Origin: Candidatus Shapirobacteria bacterium | GTDB taxonomy: Bacteria; Patescibacteriota; Microgenomatia; UBA12405 | Length of the DNA: 64,000 bases | Direction: 5' to 3' | Assembly: GCA_018062705.1 (NCBI GenBank) | Contig: JAGORQ010000003.1 | Location: 2,270 to 66,269 of the forward strand | Shown: positions 1-9,620 of the stretch, piece by piece | Position numbering within the stretch: position 1 is the first letter of the stretch | Layout of the letters: each line of letters begins with the position of its first letter | Translations under genes and position numbers: made by a program | The notes under the pieces: model-generated | Database searches by the model: none | Told to the model about the DNA's origin: nothing | The model's input: the letters and a program-made list of their open reading frames with translations, nothing else

Positions 1-512
1 CAAATTAATAAACTGTTCCCAACTTTCACAATCAACCCCAACCGCCTCTCGTCTCAAATCTTCTACGTTCATAATTTCATCCATCACTACTCCGCCCCGA
101 TTAAGCAAATCATCCACCATCTTTTTAATATTTTCTCCATTTTCCAAAATCGGGATCCCCCGACAATCTATCTCTGTCTCATCACCTTTTTTTATAACCC
201 AACCCACCACCAATCGACCCTCAGGATAATTCTCTGGCCCTCCCGGCGGACTTGCCCAAATCACACATTTTTTTTCCTGTGCCAACTCCCATACAGACCT
301 CATCCCATCAGCTTCAGCCTGTTTTAAAAATGTATCTCTACCGTAATCAAAATTTGGTTCGCCATTTTTATCAAATTTTAGCTTGTACGGACTAATTCTC
401 TCATGTTCTTTTTTACCTCTTCCATTTTCTCGGTAAACCAGGGCCAACTCAACCTGCCCCTGTCTTTTTATATCACTTATCAAATACTCTTTTTGTCTAG
501 TAAAAACCATAT
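1..512 (-). CDS. hypothetical protein, truncated by window edge (ATG at 510-512, runs off position 1)
   Basis: Open minus-strand frame from ATG to window start; no recognisable motifs; absent from ORF track because it is truncated. Confidence 0.35.
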
Positions 513-616
513 TACTTAATGCTCGTAAGTTTACCTACCGTTAGGCAAGATTTAGGGCTCGGACTGTTACCGTAGCGGCACTGTCAGGGAATTCCACCCT
601 AGTTCAAAATAAAATT

Positions 617-1030
617 TTATTTCAAAATAAAATTAAAATAAATATAACTTCCCACCACTACTAGAATAATTAGTTTAAACACCCACCCTGCCAACAACTT
701 TCGACTATTATTTTCCTTCCATACCTCACTAGGAATCTCATCTTTTTGATAACCAGTCAAAACTAAAGTTGGTATACTCTCATTCCAATCATTACACTCA
801 ACACACTTCCAGCTATTTCTAACCAAATCTAACTCTTTTCTTCCTTCAACATAAGTCATCCCCGACTCACAATGTTTGCATGATAGTTCAAAGTGCTTCT
901 TCCCACATGTTCTACAAACTGAGTACCCTCCCGCCAAAGTTACAAATACATAATATTTGTTGCCACAATCACAAAATACTTCAAACATATCACTTTTTTT
1001 ATTTAAAAATTCTTGAAAATCATTGTTCAT
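617..1030 (-). CDS. Cys-rich (zinc-ribbon-like) protein with C-terminal TM helix, hypothetical
   Basis: Multiple CxxC pairs (CDCG, CRTCG, CKHCE, CVEC) and hydrophobic C-terminus. Confidence 0.45.
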   Translation of the reverse strand: MNNDFQEFLNKKSDMFEVFCDCGNKYYVFVTLAGGYSVCRTCGKKHFELSCKHCESGMTYVEGRKELDLVRNSWKCVECNDWNESIPTLVLTGYQKDEIPSEVWKENNSRKLLAGWVFKLIILVVVGSYIYFNFILK

Positions 1031-1040
1031 ATTTACTGGT

Positions 1041-1538
1041 TTACCTCGCCGTAGCTTCCTCGCGAAGGCGGGCCATCATAAATAAATAATCTGACAATCT
1101 ATTGATATATATAAGTATGTTTGGATCTATTTGTTGGCTTTGGCTCAATGTCACCAATCGTCTCTCACATCGTCGACACACTGTCCTCACCCAATTAATT
1201 TCCCTCGCCTCTTTATTTTTAAAAATCAAAAAACCAGTGATTGGACCTAAGTTTTTTTCTAACTCTTGCGTTTCTTTCTCCAGATTGAAGATTGAAGTTT
1301 GAAGATTGAAGATCGAGCCATAGGCGATCACCCCCATTATTTCATAAAGGTCTTTCTGAATTTTACTTAGCACTGTGGACTTAGCACTTAGCACCCCCAA
1401 TGATGCCTGCAACTCGTCTAATGTTCCTACCGCCTCCAGTAGTGGCGAATCCTTCACCACTACTTTCCCGCTCCATCTACTCTTCCCATCATCGCCAGTT
1501 TTAGTAGTAATACTCATGAGCATTTCGAATAACCACAA
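1041..1538 (-). CDS. ATP:cob(I)alamin adenosyltransferase, PduO-type
   Basis: N-terminal ITTKTGDDG...LEAVGTLDEL motif typical of PduO-type adenosyltransferases; adjacent to B12-dependent nrdJ; carries in-frame heptamer insert (SIFNLQTSIFNL). Confidence 0.65.
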   Translation of the reverse strand: MWLFEMLMSITTKTGDDGKSRWSGKVVVKDSPLLEAVGTLDELQASLGVLSAKSTVLSKIQKDLYEIMGVIAYGSIFNLQTSIFNLEKETQELEKNLGPITGFLIFKNKEAREINWVRTVCRRCERRLVTLSQSQQIDPNILIYINRLSDYLFMMARLREEATAR

Positions 1539-4093
1539 AATGAATTACTGCATTTAAAACACCCTTCTTCGGCATACAATGGACTACCACAATCCGGGCA
1601 CGAGCTAAATTTACTTTCACTTTCTGCCTGTTTAGATCTAATTTCCGATAATATATTTTTCTGTACGGGCGCAATGCTTTGCGCCCCTACTTCAATTGGA
1701 TTTTTCTCCTCTTCAAACATTGCCAATTGTTCACCTCTCGATACTTCGAGTAATGACTTACCCACTGCATCAAACATGCTCAAAATTGCATTTGGCCCCG
1801 TCCCCACTCTCTGGCCACAAGATATTCCTACCAATTCGTCAGCCAACTCATCCAAACTGGCTCCATATTTTAATGCCAGTGATGCCAATCGACCCGTCAC
1901 TTCAGCCGAGCCGGCCATATAACCACCCGACTTCCCTAGAGTTACAAAAATTTCTACCGGACCATCCCCTTCCTCAAAAAATACTGAGGTATACACCTTC
2001 CCTACATCAGAAGTTTTTCTAAATCTCACCCCCCTGGCCGCCTCCGGCGTCTTCTTCTTGCTAGCCAACTTCAAACTTACTTCTAGTTTCTCGTTTCTCG
2101 TTTCTAGTTTCTTTTCTGTGACCGGTGCAATCACTTCTTTCTCTCTACTTCCACTTCGATAAATTGTGATCCCCTTGGTCCCTAGAGAATAGGCCAATCT
2201 ATAGGCAGTTCGCACATCTTCGACTGTCGCTTCTTTGGGAAAATTAATTGTTTTACTGACTGCATTATCTGTGAATTCCTGAAATGCGGCCTGAAGCTTT
2301 ACATGCCATTCCGGCGTAATCTCCAAAGCCGTCCTAAATATATTTTTTATATCATCTGGCAACTCCTCCATTCCTGACAGCTTACCTCCATTTTTGACAA
2401 TCTTGTCCAAGAGTTGATCATTATATAAATCACGTCTTTTCAATTCTTCTACAAACACTGGGTTCATCATATATAGAGTTTTGCCTTCCACCGTATTCTT
2501 TTGAAAACCCAAACTAAATGCCGGTTCCACTCCACTACTACAGTCGGCAATCATGCTGATTGTTCCGGTTGGAGCAATCGTTGTTAATGCCATATTGCGT
2601 GGTCGGTAATCAGTTCCGAGAAACACCGACACCTCCCAAGCGGGAAACACCCCCCTAGTTTTGGCCAATTCAACAGTTTCTTTTCTTGACTCTTCATTAA
2701 TAAATTTCATCAATTTTCTCGCCCATACAATTCCTTCTTCTGAATCGTAACGAACTCCCAATTTAAACAACATATCTGCAAATCCCATCACTCCCAACCC
2801 AATCCTACGGGTTTTCGACACCATATCCCGGATTTTTTGCACCGGAAACTCGTTTACCTCCACCACATTATCCAAAAAATGAATTGCCTCGTGTACCACC
2901 CTCGCCAACTCATCCCAGTCAATATCTCTTCGTATTATTCCAGTTTCTAGTTTCTCGTTTCTAGTTTCTGTTTCCAAATCTTTCTCTATAATAAATTTGG
3001 AAACATTTATCGACCCCAAATTACACGCATCATACGGCAACAATGGTTGCTCCCCACACGGATTGGTAGCTTCAATTCTACCCAACTTTGGCACTGGGTT
3101 ACTGTTAGCATCATTCATTCTGTCAATAAATACCAACCCCGGATCACCATATTGCCAAGCCAGTCGAGTTACCAAATTAAATACTTTGTAGGCGTTCAAC
3201 TTCATCACTACCTTACAATTTCGTGGATTTATCAATTCATAACCTTCACCCTCATTTGTGGCCTTAGCCCAATCATAAAGTTTTACAATCCATTGTTCAA
3301 TTGTCCTCAATCGCAAATCAACATCTCGCAATCCTTCTGCTTCCCTAATTTTTTCCACTACTTCTTCGGGAAAGGACTCGTCGCTCACAAATCTTTTATC
3401 TGGCTCAATTTGATCCATAAACTTGTTAGTTATCGCCAGAGAAATATTGAAGTTAGTCAACGAATATTCATCCAGTTTTACTACCGCAAATCTCAATACA
3501 TCTGGATGATCTACCGACAACATGCCCATATTTGCCCCCCTACGTACTCCACCTTGCTTGATCTGACTAGTTACATCATTGTAGGCCTGCATAAAACTTA
3601 CCGGCCCAACAGTCGTCCCACCCGATGTGGCAATATAGTCTCCACTTGGTCTCAATCGAGTGAACGAAAACCCAGTGCCTCCACCACTTTTATGGATTTT
3701 GGCCATATCCGTCATTGTTTCCAGTATCGATTCCATCGAATCATCAATTGGCAACACAAAACAAGCTGATAATTGTTGATGTTTTTTGCCAGCATTCACC
3801 AAACAAGGTGTGTTTGGAAAAAATTTTTGCTCGGCCATCATTTCATAAAACACTTTAGCCTGCTGCTCTATATTTGATTGAAGATTGAAGTTTGTAGATT
3901 GAAAATTCTCATCGCCCTTGGCTATGTTACTCGCCACTCTCCAAAAAATATCCTTGGCAGTTTCCACCACCTTCCCCGACTCGTCCTTCATTGCATATCT
4001 TGTTTCGGCAATATACTTTGCGTTTGGCGACAGCATCGGTTCTTTTAATTCAGCACCGTTAATCTGATTATTTCTTTGGTTTAAATCGTTCAT
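1514..4093 (-). CDS. nrdJ: ribonucleotide reductase, class II (adenosylcobalamin-dependent)
   Basis: Motifs LSACFVLPIDDS, NPCGEQPL..YDACNLGSIN, C-terminal CxxC zinc finger; downstream of nrdR. Confidence 0.9.
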   Translation of the reverse strand: MNDLNQRNNQINGAELKEPMLSPNAKYIAETRYAMKDESGKVVETAKDIFWRVASNIAKGDENFQSTNFNLQSNIEQQAKVFYEMMAEQKFFPNTPCLVNAGKKHQQLSACFVLPIDDSMESILETMTDMAKIHKSGGGTGFSFTRLRPSGDYIATSGGTTVGPVSFMQAYNDVTSQIKQGGVRRGANMGMLSVDHPDVLRFAVVKLDEYSLTNFNISLAITNKFMDQIEPDKRFVSDESFPEEVVEKIREAEGLRDVDLRLRTIEQWIVKLYDWAKATNEGEGYELINPRNCKVVMKLNAYKVFNLVTRLAWQYGDPGLVFIDRMNDANSNPVPKLGRIEATNPCGEQPLLPYDACNLGSINVSKFIIEKDLETETRNEKLETGIIRRDIDWDELARVVHEAIHFLDNVVEVNEFPVQKIRDMVSKTRRIGLGVMGFADMLFKLGVRYDSEEGIVWARKLMKFINEESRKETVELAKTRGVFPAWEVSVFLGTDYRPRNMALTTIAPTGTISMIADCSSGVEPAFSLGFQKNTVEGKTLYMMNPVFVEELKRRDLYNDQLLDKIVKNGGKLSGMEELPDDIKNIFRTALEITPEWHVKLQAAFQEFTDNAVSKTINFPKEATVEDVRTAYRLAYSLGTKGITIYRSGSREKEVIAPVTEKKLETRNEKLEVSLKLASKKKTPEAARGVRFRKTSDVGKVYTSVFFEEGDGPVEIFVTLGKSGGYMAGSAEVTGRLASLALKYGASLDELADELVGISCGQRVGTGPNAILSMFDAVGKSLLEVSRGEQLAMFEEEKNPIEVGAQSIAPVQKNILSEIRSKQAESESKFSSCPDCGSPLYAEEGCFKCSNSFCGYSKCS
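1663..1690. repeat. 28-bp palindromic element (family A) in-frame in nrdJ
   Basis: See 20530-20557. Confidence 0.8.
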
Positions 4094-4149
4094 ATAAAGC
4101 CCCGCGCAGCGGCATCTTTTTTAATTAGTAATTAGTAATTTGTAATTAG

Positions 4150-4593
4150 TCATTTTTTAAACTCCTCTACAATCTTCTTAAACTCCCCCACCTCTTTAAT
4201 ATCCAAATAAATCGTCGCAAACCGGATATACGCCACCGGGTCAGTTTTTTTCAAAATATCCATCACCAACTTCCCAATTTCTTTAGAAGGGATTTCCACA
4301 CTCTTCCAGTTAAGAAGCTTCATTTCTATTTCATCAATCAATTTTTGTCGTTCATCTGCCGTCACCCGCCACAAAGCCCTCTCAAAACATCTCTCTAGTT
4401 TTTCTCGTTGATAATCTTCAACTGATCCATCCTTTTTGACCACCTTCAATTCAATACTGCCCACCTTTTCATAGGTTGTGAACCGCTTGGCACACTTGAC
4501 ACACTCCCTTCGACGCCTAGTGGCCTTGCCTTCCATCGCATCCCGCGACTCAAGGACGTTGCTTTCATCAAAACCGCAATAAGGACATAACAT
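4150..4593 (-). CDS. nrdR: transcriptional repressor NrdR
   Basis: MLCPYCG...Zn-ribbon plus ATP-cone sequence; upstream of nrdJ. Confidence 0.9.
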   Translation of the reverse strand: MLCPYCGFDESNVLESRDAMEGKATRRRRECVKCAKRFTTYEKVGSIELKVVKKDGSVEDYQREKLERCFERALWRVTADERQKLIDEIEMKLLNWKSVEIPSKEIGKLVMDILKKTDPVAYIRFATIYLDIKEVGEFKKIVEEFKK

Positions 4594-4643
4594 TTTTGTC
4601 TGTCATTCCCGCGAAAGCGGGAATCTATATAAAAATTAACAAT

Positions 4644-4659
4644 CCACTATCCATAGTGG
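4644..4659. promoter_or_regulatory. NrdR-box-like palindrome CCACTATCCATAGTGG upstream of nrdR-nrdJ
   Basis: 16-bp palindrome resembling NrdR box consensus (acaCwAtATaTwGtgt), about 50 bp upstream of nrdR start. Confidence 0.5.
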
Positions 4660-4764
4660 ATGACTTCTATCTTATCCGCCACCCCAAGTGCCCGTCAACT
4701 ATTAACTAGTGTAACAATGTATCCCCAATCCCCCTCAAACACCCTGAACAATTTATTTATACAC

Positions 4765-4968
4765 TTACTCAAACTCCCTTTGCGCTTTCTCCAGCTCAAT
4801 CAACATTTTCTCATTAACTCCTTTTAATAAATTCTTTAAATACTCAAAATCAAGCACACCAAACTTCACCTTGCCTCTCACACTAATCAACCTATACTTT
4901 TCTTTTTTAACCTTACCTAAGGTAACTGCCAAATTACTTCTCAATTTTGTACTACTAACAATATTCAT
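4765..4968 (-). CDS. Phd/YefM-family antitoxin-like protein (apparently orphan)
   Basis: 67 aa, pattern S.T.LRSNL...V.....LISVRGK..FGVL.FEYL typical of Phd/YefM. Confidence 0.45.
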   Translation of the reverse strand: MNIVSSTKLRSNLAVTLGKVKKEKYRLISVRGKVKFGVLDFEYLKNLLKGVNEKMLIELEKAQREFE

Positions 4969-5035
4969 ATGTACATAACAAATGTACAGTTAATAATGGT
5001 CAACCCGTCCCGTAACAAGTCACAAGCAACACCAA

Positions 5036-5734
5036 CTATTCACTAATTTTATGTGCATCCCAATCAAAATCTCCCGTCTGCATTTTCACTTCAAAAGCAT
5101 TCTCTGGTTGTTTGAACCCTTTTAAATGTATTTCTACAACTGAAGGACTGTGCCTCTTCCTTGTACCATATACATTAGAAGTATCTACTCCTTGAGCAAC
5201 TTTTGCAGTAACAAAACTACACCCTCTAAAATTTATTTCATCAGCCGTACCACCAGCAAATCCTTTCGACAGAATTACCTGACCAGGATCACCACTAGCA
5301 TGTATCACCATCGGATTGTTAGTGAACGTATCTGCCACCATCACCCAATCTTCACCATTTCCCAACTTTGTCATTACTTCATCATTCAAAGGTGTTTGAT
5401 ACAAAACTCTAGCTGCCTCCTGATCGGTGTTACCCATATCACCACCACCTTTTCTCGTCATACCCATCTCTTTACCAACAAATAATGCTAAATCATATAC
5501 CGCTCTCGCATATCCACTAGTATCTCCAGCTTCTTGAGCATTGGTTATTAAACCATTTAATCTTTCATACTCTCCTACAATCGACACTTCTCCTATCCTG
5601 ATACCAGGCGAATCGGGCAAAGATATACCAGTTCTAATAGTTTTATCACCAAATCTGGCAATAAATTTCTGCTTATCAAAACCCTGAGCTGATGTATTAA
5701 CTGCGTCGTGCAAATCTCGAAGATTGTCAAACAT
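5036..5734 (-). CDS. hypothetical protein
   Basis: 232-aa ORF between nrdR and secE, no recognised motif. Confidence 0.45.
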   Translation of the reverse strand: MFDNLRDLHDAVNTSAQGFDKQKFIARFGDKTIRTGISLPDSPGIRIGEVSIVGEYERLNGLITNAQEAGDTSGYARAVYDLALFVGKEMGMTRKGGGDMGNTDQEAARVLYQTPLNDEVMTKLGNGEDWVMVADTFTNNPMVIHASGDPGQVILSKGFAGGTADEINFRGCSFVTAKVAQGVDTSNVYGTRKRHSPSVVEIHLKGFKQPENAFEVKMQTGDFDWDAHKISE

Positions 5735-5813
5735 TTATATTATTAACAATTATTACCCAAATTCTACCAAATTTATCGATTTATTAACAACGATATATAA
5801 GGTACAATACCTC

Positions 5814-6095
5814 ATGCGTCAAATCGTTAAGTTTCTCTCTGAAGTCAGAGCCGAATTTAAAAATATAACTTGGCCTTCTCGACAGTCTTTAATTCAGCTC
5901 ACATTTGTGGTAATATCAATCTCCATCATCATCTCCCTGATTTTAGGGGGTTTCGATTATATTTTTACTCAATCAATCGCCCTTTTGGGCCAAAATAAAC
6001 AAACCGTAGCACCAACTGTTATCAGCACTGCTACCCCCACCCCCGACAAATTTCCACCAATTCTTCCTACAACCAAGCCAACAATTAAAAAATAA
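5814..6095 (+). CDS. secE: preprotein translocase subunit SecE (track ORF starts 5724; ATG at 5814 more plausible)
   Basis: KFLSEVRAEFKNITWPSR + TM helix; immediately upstream of nusG; C-terminal Pro/Thr-rich extension. Confidence 0.7.
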   Translation: MRQIVKFLSEVRAEFKNITWPSRQSLIQLTFVVISISIIISLILGGFDYIFTQSIALLGQNKQTVAPTVISTATPTPDKFPPILPTTKPTIKK

Positions 6096-6096
6096 T

Positions 6097-6693
6097 ATGC
6101 CAAATAACTCTACTAAGACCAAAAACAAAGACTACTTATTCAAACTCTCTCCTCTCGAACCTTCCTTTGATGCTGCCTGGTATGTCCTCAATACCTATTC
6201 TGGTCACGAATACAAAGTTATTGATGCTCTAAAAATCCGTATCAAAACCATGGGTTTGGAAGATCAAATTTTTCAAGCCATTGTCCCAATTCAATCCAAA
6301 ATGGTTATCCGCCGTGGTCAAAAAGTCAAAACCCAAGAAAAAACTTTCCCCGGTTATGTCTTAATCCAAATGGCTCTCAATGATGATTCCTGGATCACTG
6401 TTCGCACCACCCAAGGTGTCACTGGCTTTATCGGTATTGAAAATCAGCCCACTCCCATTTCCCAGGCTGAAGTTGATGTCATTATCAAAGGTGTCGTTGA
6501 AGACAAGCCCAAATTCCAAACTCCGTTTGCTCAGGGCGATGTCGTCAAAATCACCAATGGTCCCTTTACCGACTACATTGGTACTATTGATACTATCGAT
6601 CAAGAACGTGGCCGTCTTCGTGTTCTCGTCTCTTTCTTCGAGCGCGAAACCCCAGTTGAACTTGATTTCTTGCAAGTAACCAAAGAGCTTTAA
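6097..6693 (+). CDS. nusG: transcription termination/antitermination factor NusG
   Basis: NGN and KOW regions (VVKITNGPFTDYIGTI), conserved synteny secE-nusG-rplK. Confidence 0.9.
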   Translation: MPNNSTKTKNKDYLFKLSPLEPSFDAAWYVLNTYSGHEYKVIDALKIRIKTMGLEDQIFQAIVPIQSKMVIRRGQKVKTQEKTFPGYVLIQMALNDDSWITVRTTQGVTGFIGIENQPTPISQAEVDVIIKGVVEDKPKFQTPFAQGDVVKITNGPFTDYIGTIDTIDQERGRLRVLVSFFERETPVELDFLQVTKEL

Positions 6694-6696
6694 TCT

Positions 6697-7053
6697 ATGC
6701 CCGGATTTAATCGAAAAAAAGGTGAGATTATCAATATATTCGCCACCTCTGTCGCTCAAAAAATTACTGAAGGCAATGCTTTTAGACGAACCGATCTTGG
6801 GGAAATATGGACAAGTACCTTCGCACCTCTTTGTGGTGAGGTCGGCAACGGCACACCACTAGCAATTTTGGAAACTAAAGTTCGAACTAAGTATTACGAG
6901 TTAAATAAACATAATCTAGCAACAAGGCGCACTCACGACGGATTTGTCACTTACGACCCAACAATAAGTGCCAGTCAAGTAGCTTTCGAACAGATACAGC
7001 ATAACTCCTCGGCAGAAAAAACCCAAGCTCGTCTAAAAAACAAACAAGGTTGA
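6697..7053 (+). CDS. hypothetical protein inserted between nusG and rplK
   Basis: 118-aa ORF starting 3 nt after nusG stop; no known motif; atypical position. Confidence 0.3.
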   Translation: MPGFNRKKGEIINIFATSVAQKITEGNAFRRTDLGEIWTSTFAPLCGEVGNGTPLAILETKVRTKYYELNKHNLATRRTHDGFVTYDPTISASQVAFEQIQHNSSAEKTQARLKNKQG

Positions 7054-7157
7054 TTCGATTCCTAGACTTTTACCGCAATTTATTAGATAATACCAACATT
7101 CCTCAAGCTCTGTCGTGAACCAGAGGCTTCACTTTAGGACTATAAATTTTTCAAACT

Positions 7158-7583
7158 ATGGCAAAAAAAATAAAAACAGTTGTTAAGCTCGCTCTCCAGG
7201 CCGGCATGGCCAATCCCGCTCCTCCAGTTGGTACTGCTCTCGGTCCTCAAGGTATCAAAATCATGGATTTCTGCAACGAATTCAACGAACGCACCAAAGA
7301 CATGAAAGGTTCTTTGATTCCTGCTTTAATCACTATTTACGAGGATAGATCTTTTGATTTCATCATCAAAAAACCACCAGTTTCTGACATGATCAAAAAA
7401 ATTACCGGTATCACCAAAGGTTCTGGTACCACCGGTCGTGAGAAAATCGGCATAATTACCCAAGACCAAATCACCAAGGTCGCTACCGACAAAATGTCCG
7501 ATTTAAATACCCAAGACATTGAGGCCGCCAAGCGCATGGTCACCGGCACCGCCCGCTCCATGGGTTTTGAGATTGTTGGTTAA
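7158..7583 (+). CDS. rplK: 50S ribosomal protein L11
   Basis: MAKKI...GMANPAPPVGTALGPQGI... canonical L11. Confidence 0.95.
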   Translation: MAKKIKTVVKLALQAGMANPAPPVGTALGPQGIKIMDFCNEFNERTKDMKGSLIPALITIYEDRSFDFIIKKPPVSDMIKKITGITKGSGTTGREKIGIITQDQITKVATDKMSDLNTQDIEAAKRMVTGTARSMGFEIVG

Positions 7584-7600
7584 TCAATTTAAAAATCCTT

Positions 7601-7891
7601 ATGGAAACAACCAAGGGATTTAGAGAAAACTACAAACACCTCTTTGAGGGCTCCCAAACAAGTTTACCTGAACGATCGAATAATTTAGAGTGTCATTTTA
7701 CCCCTGGAGGTGTCACTACTTGCTGTGAAAATGCCGGTCATGAATACCTCGTAGAGCCAATGCCTCAAGGCAGGATGGGGCTAACTAAATTACCAACAAT
7801 CATCGGCTTTAAAGGGACATGTGTTCCTGGTTGCAGTTCCTGTCGAGTAACCGGCAATGAAAATATGCAAGATAAGTTTTTTAGAGATTAA
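7601..7891 (+). CDS. small Cys-containing hypothetical protein
   Basis: 96-aa ORF with CC, CxxGC, CSSC motifs between rplK and rplA. Confidence 0.3.
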   Translation: METTKGFRENYKHLFEGSQTSLPERSNNLECHFTPGGVTTCCENAGHEYLVEPMPQGRMGLTKLPTIIGFKGTCVPGCSSCRVTGNENMQDKFFRD

Positions 7892-7899
7892 CTTTCCAT

Positions 7900-8154
7900 A
7901 TGCCAAAAGGCTTGCCAGAACTAAATCCAGCTACTGAAACAAGATATTCACACCTTACAGTTGTCGAGGTTGACGAAGTCACCGATGGGACAGCTAAGTT
8001 TAATAGCTACGGTTTGGGTTGTGACCTGTTGGGTGAAGGTTGTCGAAGGCTAAGTCATGTAGTTCCTATAACAACCGCCGACGGTTTAATCGTACCAATT
8101 GCCCGTTTTTCGTCATGCAAAAAATGTATTGAATACGGAATAAACAGGAAATAA
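7900..8154 (+). CDS. small Cys-containing hypothetical protein
   Basis: 84-aa ORF with GCDLLGEGC and CKKC motifs, follows previous ORF by 8 nt. Confidence 0.3.
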   Translation: MPKGLPELNPATETRYSHLTVVEVDEVTDGTAKFNSYGLGCDLLGEGCRRLSHVVPITTADGLIVPIARFSSCKKCIEYGINRK

Positions 8155-8201
8155 CCAACGGTTATCTGTTATAATTACCCACTTATAATTTTCCAAATCA
8201 T

Positions 8202-8963
8202 ATGAGCAAAACCTCACAAGAAAACAAAAAGAAAAAGCTTGTTGTGGAAGATCAAGTAATTGATCACAAGGCTTCAGAATCCGTCGAAGAAACTGGAGTA
8301 AATCCCGAAATCGTTAATGAGGAGACCGTTTCCGCCGAAGGCGGATCCGCCTCTGGCGGAAAAAGAACTGCCAAAGTTCGCGGCAAAAAATATCAAACCG
8401 CCAAGAAAAAGGTTGACGTAGCCAAATTTTACCCCATCAAAGACGCTGCCAAATTGGTCAAAGAAACTTCTTTCTCCAAATTTGAAGGCAAAATCGAAGC
8501 TCACATCACTGTGACCGAAGAGGGTAACTTAGGTGAAATTGTCTTCCCCCACCTCGAAACAGCCAGCAAAAAAATCGTCATCTTAAACGATGCTATTTTG
8601 GCTGAAATCAAAGACGGTAAAGTCGATTTTGATATTCTTATCGCCACTCCCGCCACCATGCCCAAGCTTTTACCTTTTGCCAAGGTTCTTGGTCCCAAAG
8701 GTTTAATGCCCAATCCCAAGAGTGGCACCTTAACCGACAAACCCGAAGAAGCTGTCAAAAAGCTGTCAGTAGCCAAAACCATGATCAAAACCGAGAAAAA
8801 AGCTCCGGTTGTTCATATCATTGTTGGAAAAGTTTCCCAACCGGTCGAAGAGCTCAGTGCCAATGTGGCTGAACTCATCAAGGTTGTCAAACCAATTCGT
8901 ATCAAAAAATTGGCTCTTTGTGCCACCATGGGCCCATCAGTCAAAGTCGAGGTCCTAAAATAA
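8202..8963 (+). CDS. rplA: 50S ribosomal protein L1 (with about 65-aa Lys/Glu-rich N-terminal extension)
   Basis: Conserved L1 core from about residue 70 (FEGKIEAHITV...KVLGPKGLMPNPKSGT). Confidence 0.9.
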   Translation: MSKTSQENKKKKLVVEDQVIDHKASESVEETGVNPEIVNEETVSAEGGSASGGKRTAKVRGKKYQTAKKKVDVAKFYPIKDAAKLVKETSFSKFEGKIEAHITVTEEGNLGEIVFPHLETASKKIVILNDAILAEIKDGKVDFDILIATPATMPKLLPFAKVLGPKGLMPNPKSGTLTDKPEEAVKKLSVAKTMIKTEKKAPVVHIIVGKVSQPVEELSANVAELIKVVKPIRIKKLALCATMGPSVKVEVLK

Positions 8964-8966
8964 CAA

Positions 8967-8990
8967 GTCATTCCTGCGAAGGCAGGAATC
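8967..8990. repeat. GC hairpin element GTCATTCCTGCGAAGGCAGGAATC (family B copy)
   Basis: Near-identical copies at 4602-4625 and 45557-45580, variant at 1056-1075. Confidence 0.7.
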
Positions 8991-9006
8991 TATTTAAATT
9001 TTCAAT

Positions 9007-9034
9007 CCCCCTCCCCCGAGGGGGATTTTTATTT
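9007..9034 (+). terminator. rho-independent terminator after rplA
   Basis: CCCCCTC-cccc-GAGGGGG hairpin followed by T-run. Confidence 0.7.
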
Positions 9035-9037
9035 CCC

Positions 9038-9086
9038 TTGACACCCCAACATAGTTATGTTATCATATACATATTCGTATATGATA
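9038..9086 (+). promoter_or_regulatory. sigma70-like promoter (TTGACA-N17-TATCAT) overlapping 10-bp palindrome TATCATATAC-N6-GTATATGATA (putative AbiEi operator)
   Basis: Exact -35, 17-nt spacer, near-consensus -10; perfect inverted repeat spans -10 and start region. Confidence 0.5.
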
Positions 9087-9620
9087 AACAAACTATCCAT
9101 TTTACTTCAGCAACCACAAAAGATCTTCCACACCGCCGACCTTCGCATTTTGTGGGGTATTTACAACCAGAACACTCTCCGTCAAACTGTTAGCCGTTAC
9201 ACCCAAAAAAAGTCTCTTTTTCGCATCTACAAAGGTGTTTACAGCACTATTGATCCCCAAAAACTCGACACTACCGAACTAGGCTACCGACTCTTTAATC
9301 GCTACTGTTATCTCACCACCGAGACTGTTTTGTCCCAAAACGGTCTAATCAATCATTCCCCTACCAAAATTACTTTTGTTTCCAGTCTTTCTCAAAATAT
9401 TATTCTCAATCAACACACTTTTCTCAGCCGTCAGCTCAAATCACAATATCTTCATAACACCGCAGGCATTACCCAACTACCAAACGGTGTCCTCATCGCC
9501 TCTTCCGCCCGAGCTGTTGCCGATCTACTATATTTCCAGCCCAACTTCCATTTTGATGCCGGTAGTATTATTAATTGGGACCAGGTTAAACAAATTCAAC
9601 AGGAGGTTTACTCACAATGA
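9057..9620 (+). CDS. AbiEi-family antitoxin / transcriptional regulator (alternative start at 9081)
   Basis: about 185 aa, ETVLSQNGLI motif like AbiEi; 4-bp overlap with downstream AbiEii-like gene. Confidence 0.5.
   Translation: MLSYTYSYMINKLSILLQQPQKIFHTADLRILWGIYNQNTLRQTVSRYTQKKSLFRIYKGVYSTIDPQKLDTTELGYRLFNRYCYLTTETVLSQNGLINHSPTKITFVSSLSQNIILNQHTFLSRQLKSQYLHNTAGITQLPNGVLIASSARAVADLLYFQPNFHFDAGSIINWDQVKQIQQEVYSQ

Noticed and set aside
535-616. Possible tRNA or riboswitch in the leader of the first (truncated) gene
   Set aside because: Could not fold a cloverleaf or recognise a riboswitch consensus; only short direct repeats (ACTGT) present.
3047-3769. 240-aa plus-strand ORF inside nrdJ, and many similar antisense ORFs inside pyrG, leuS, ruvB and the giant gene
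   Set aside because: Opposite-strand shadows of confidently identified long genes, with no motifs.
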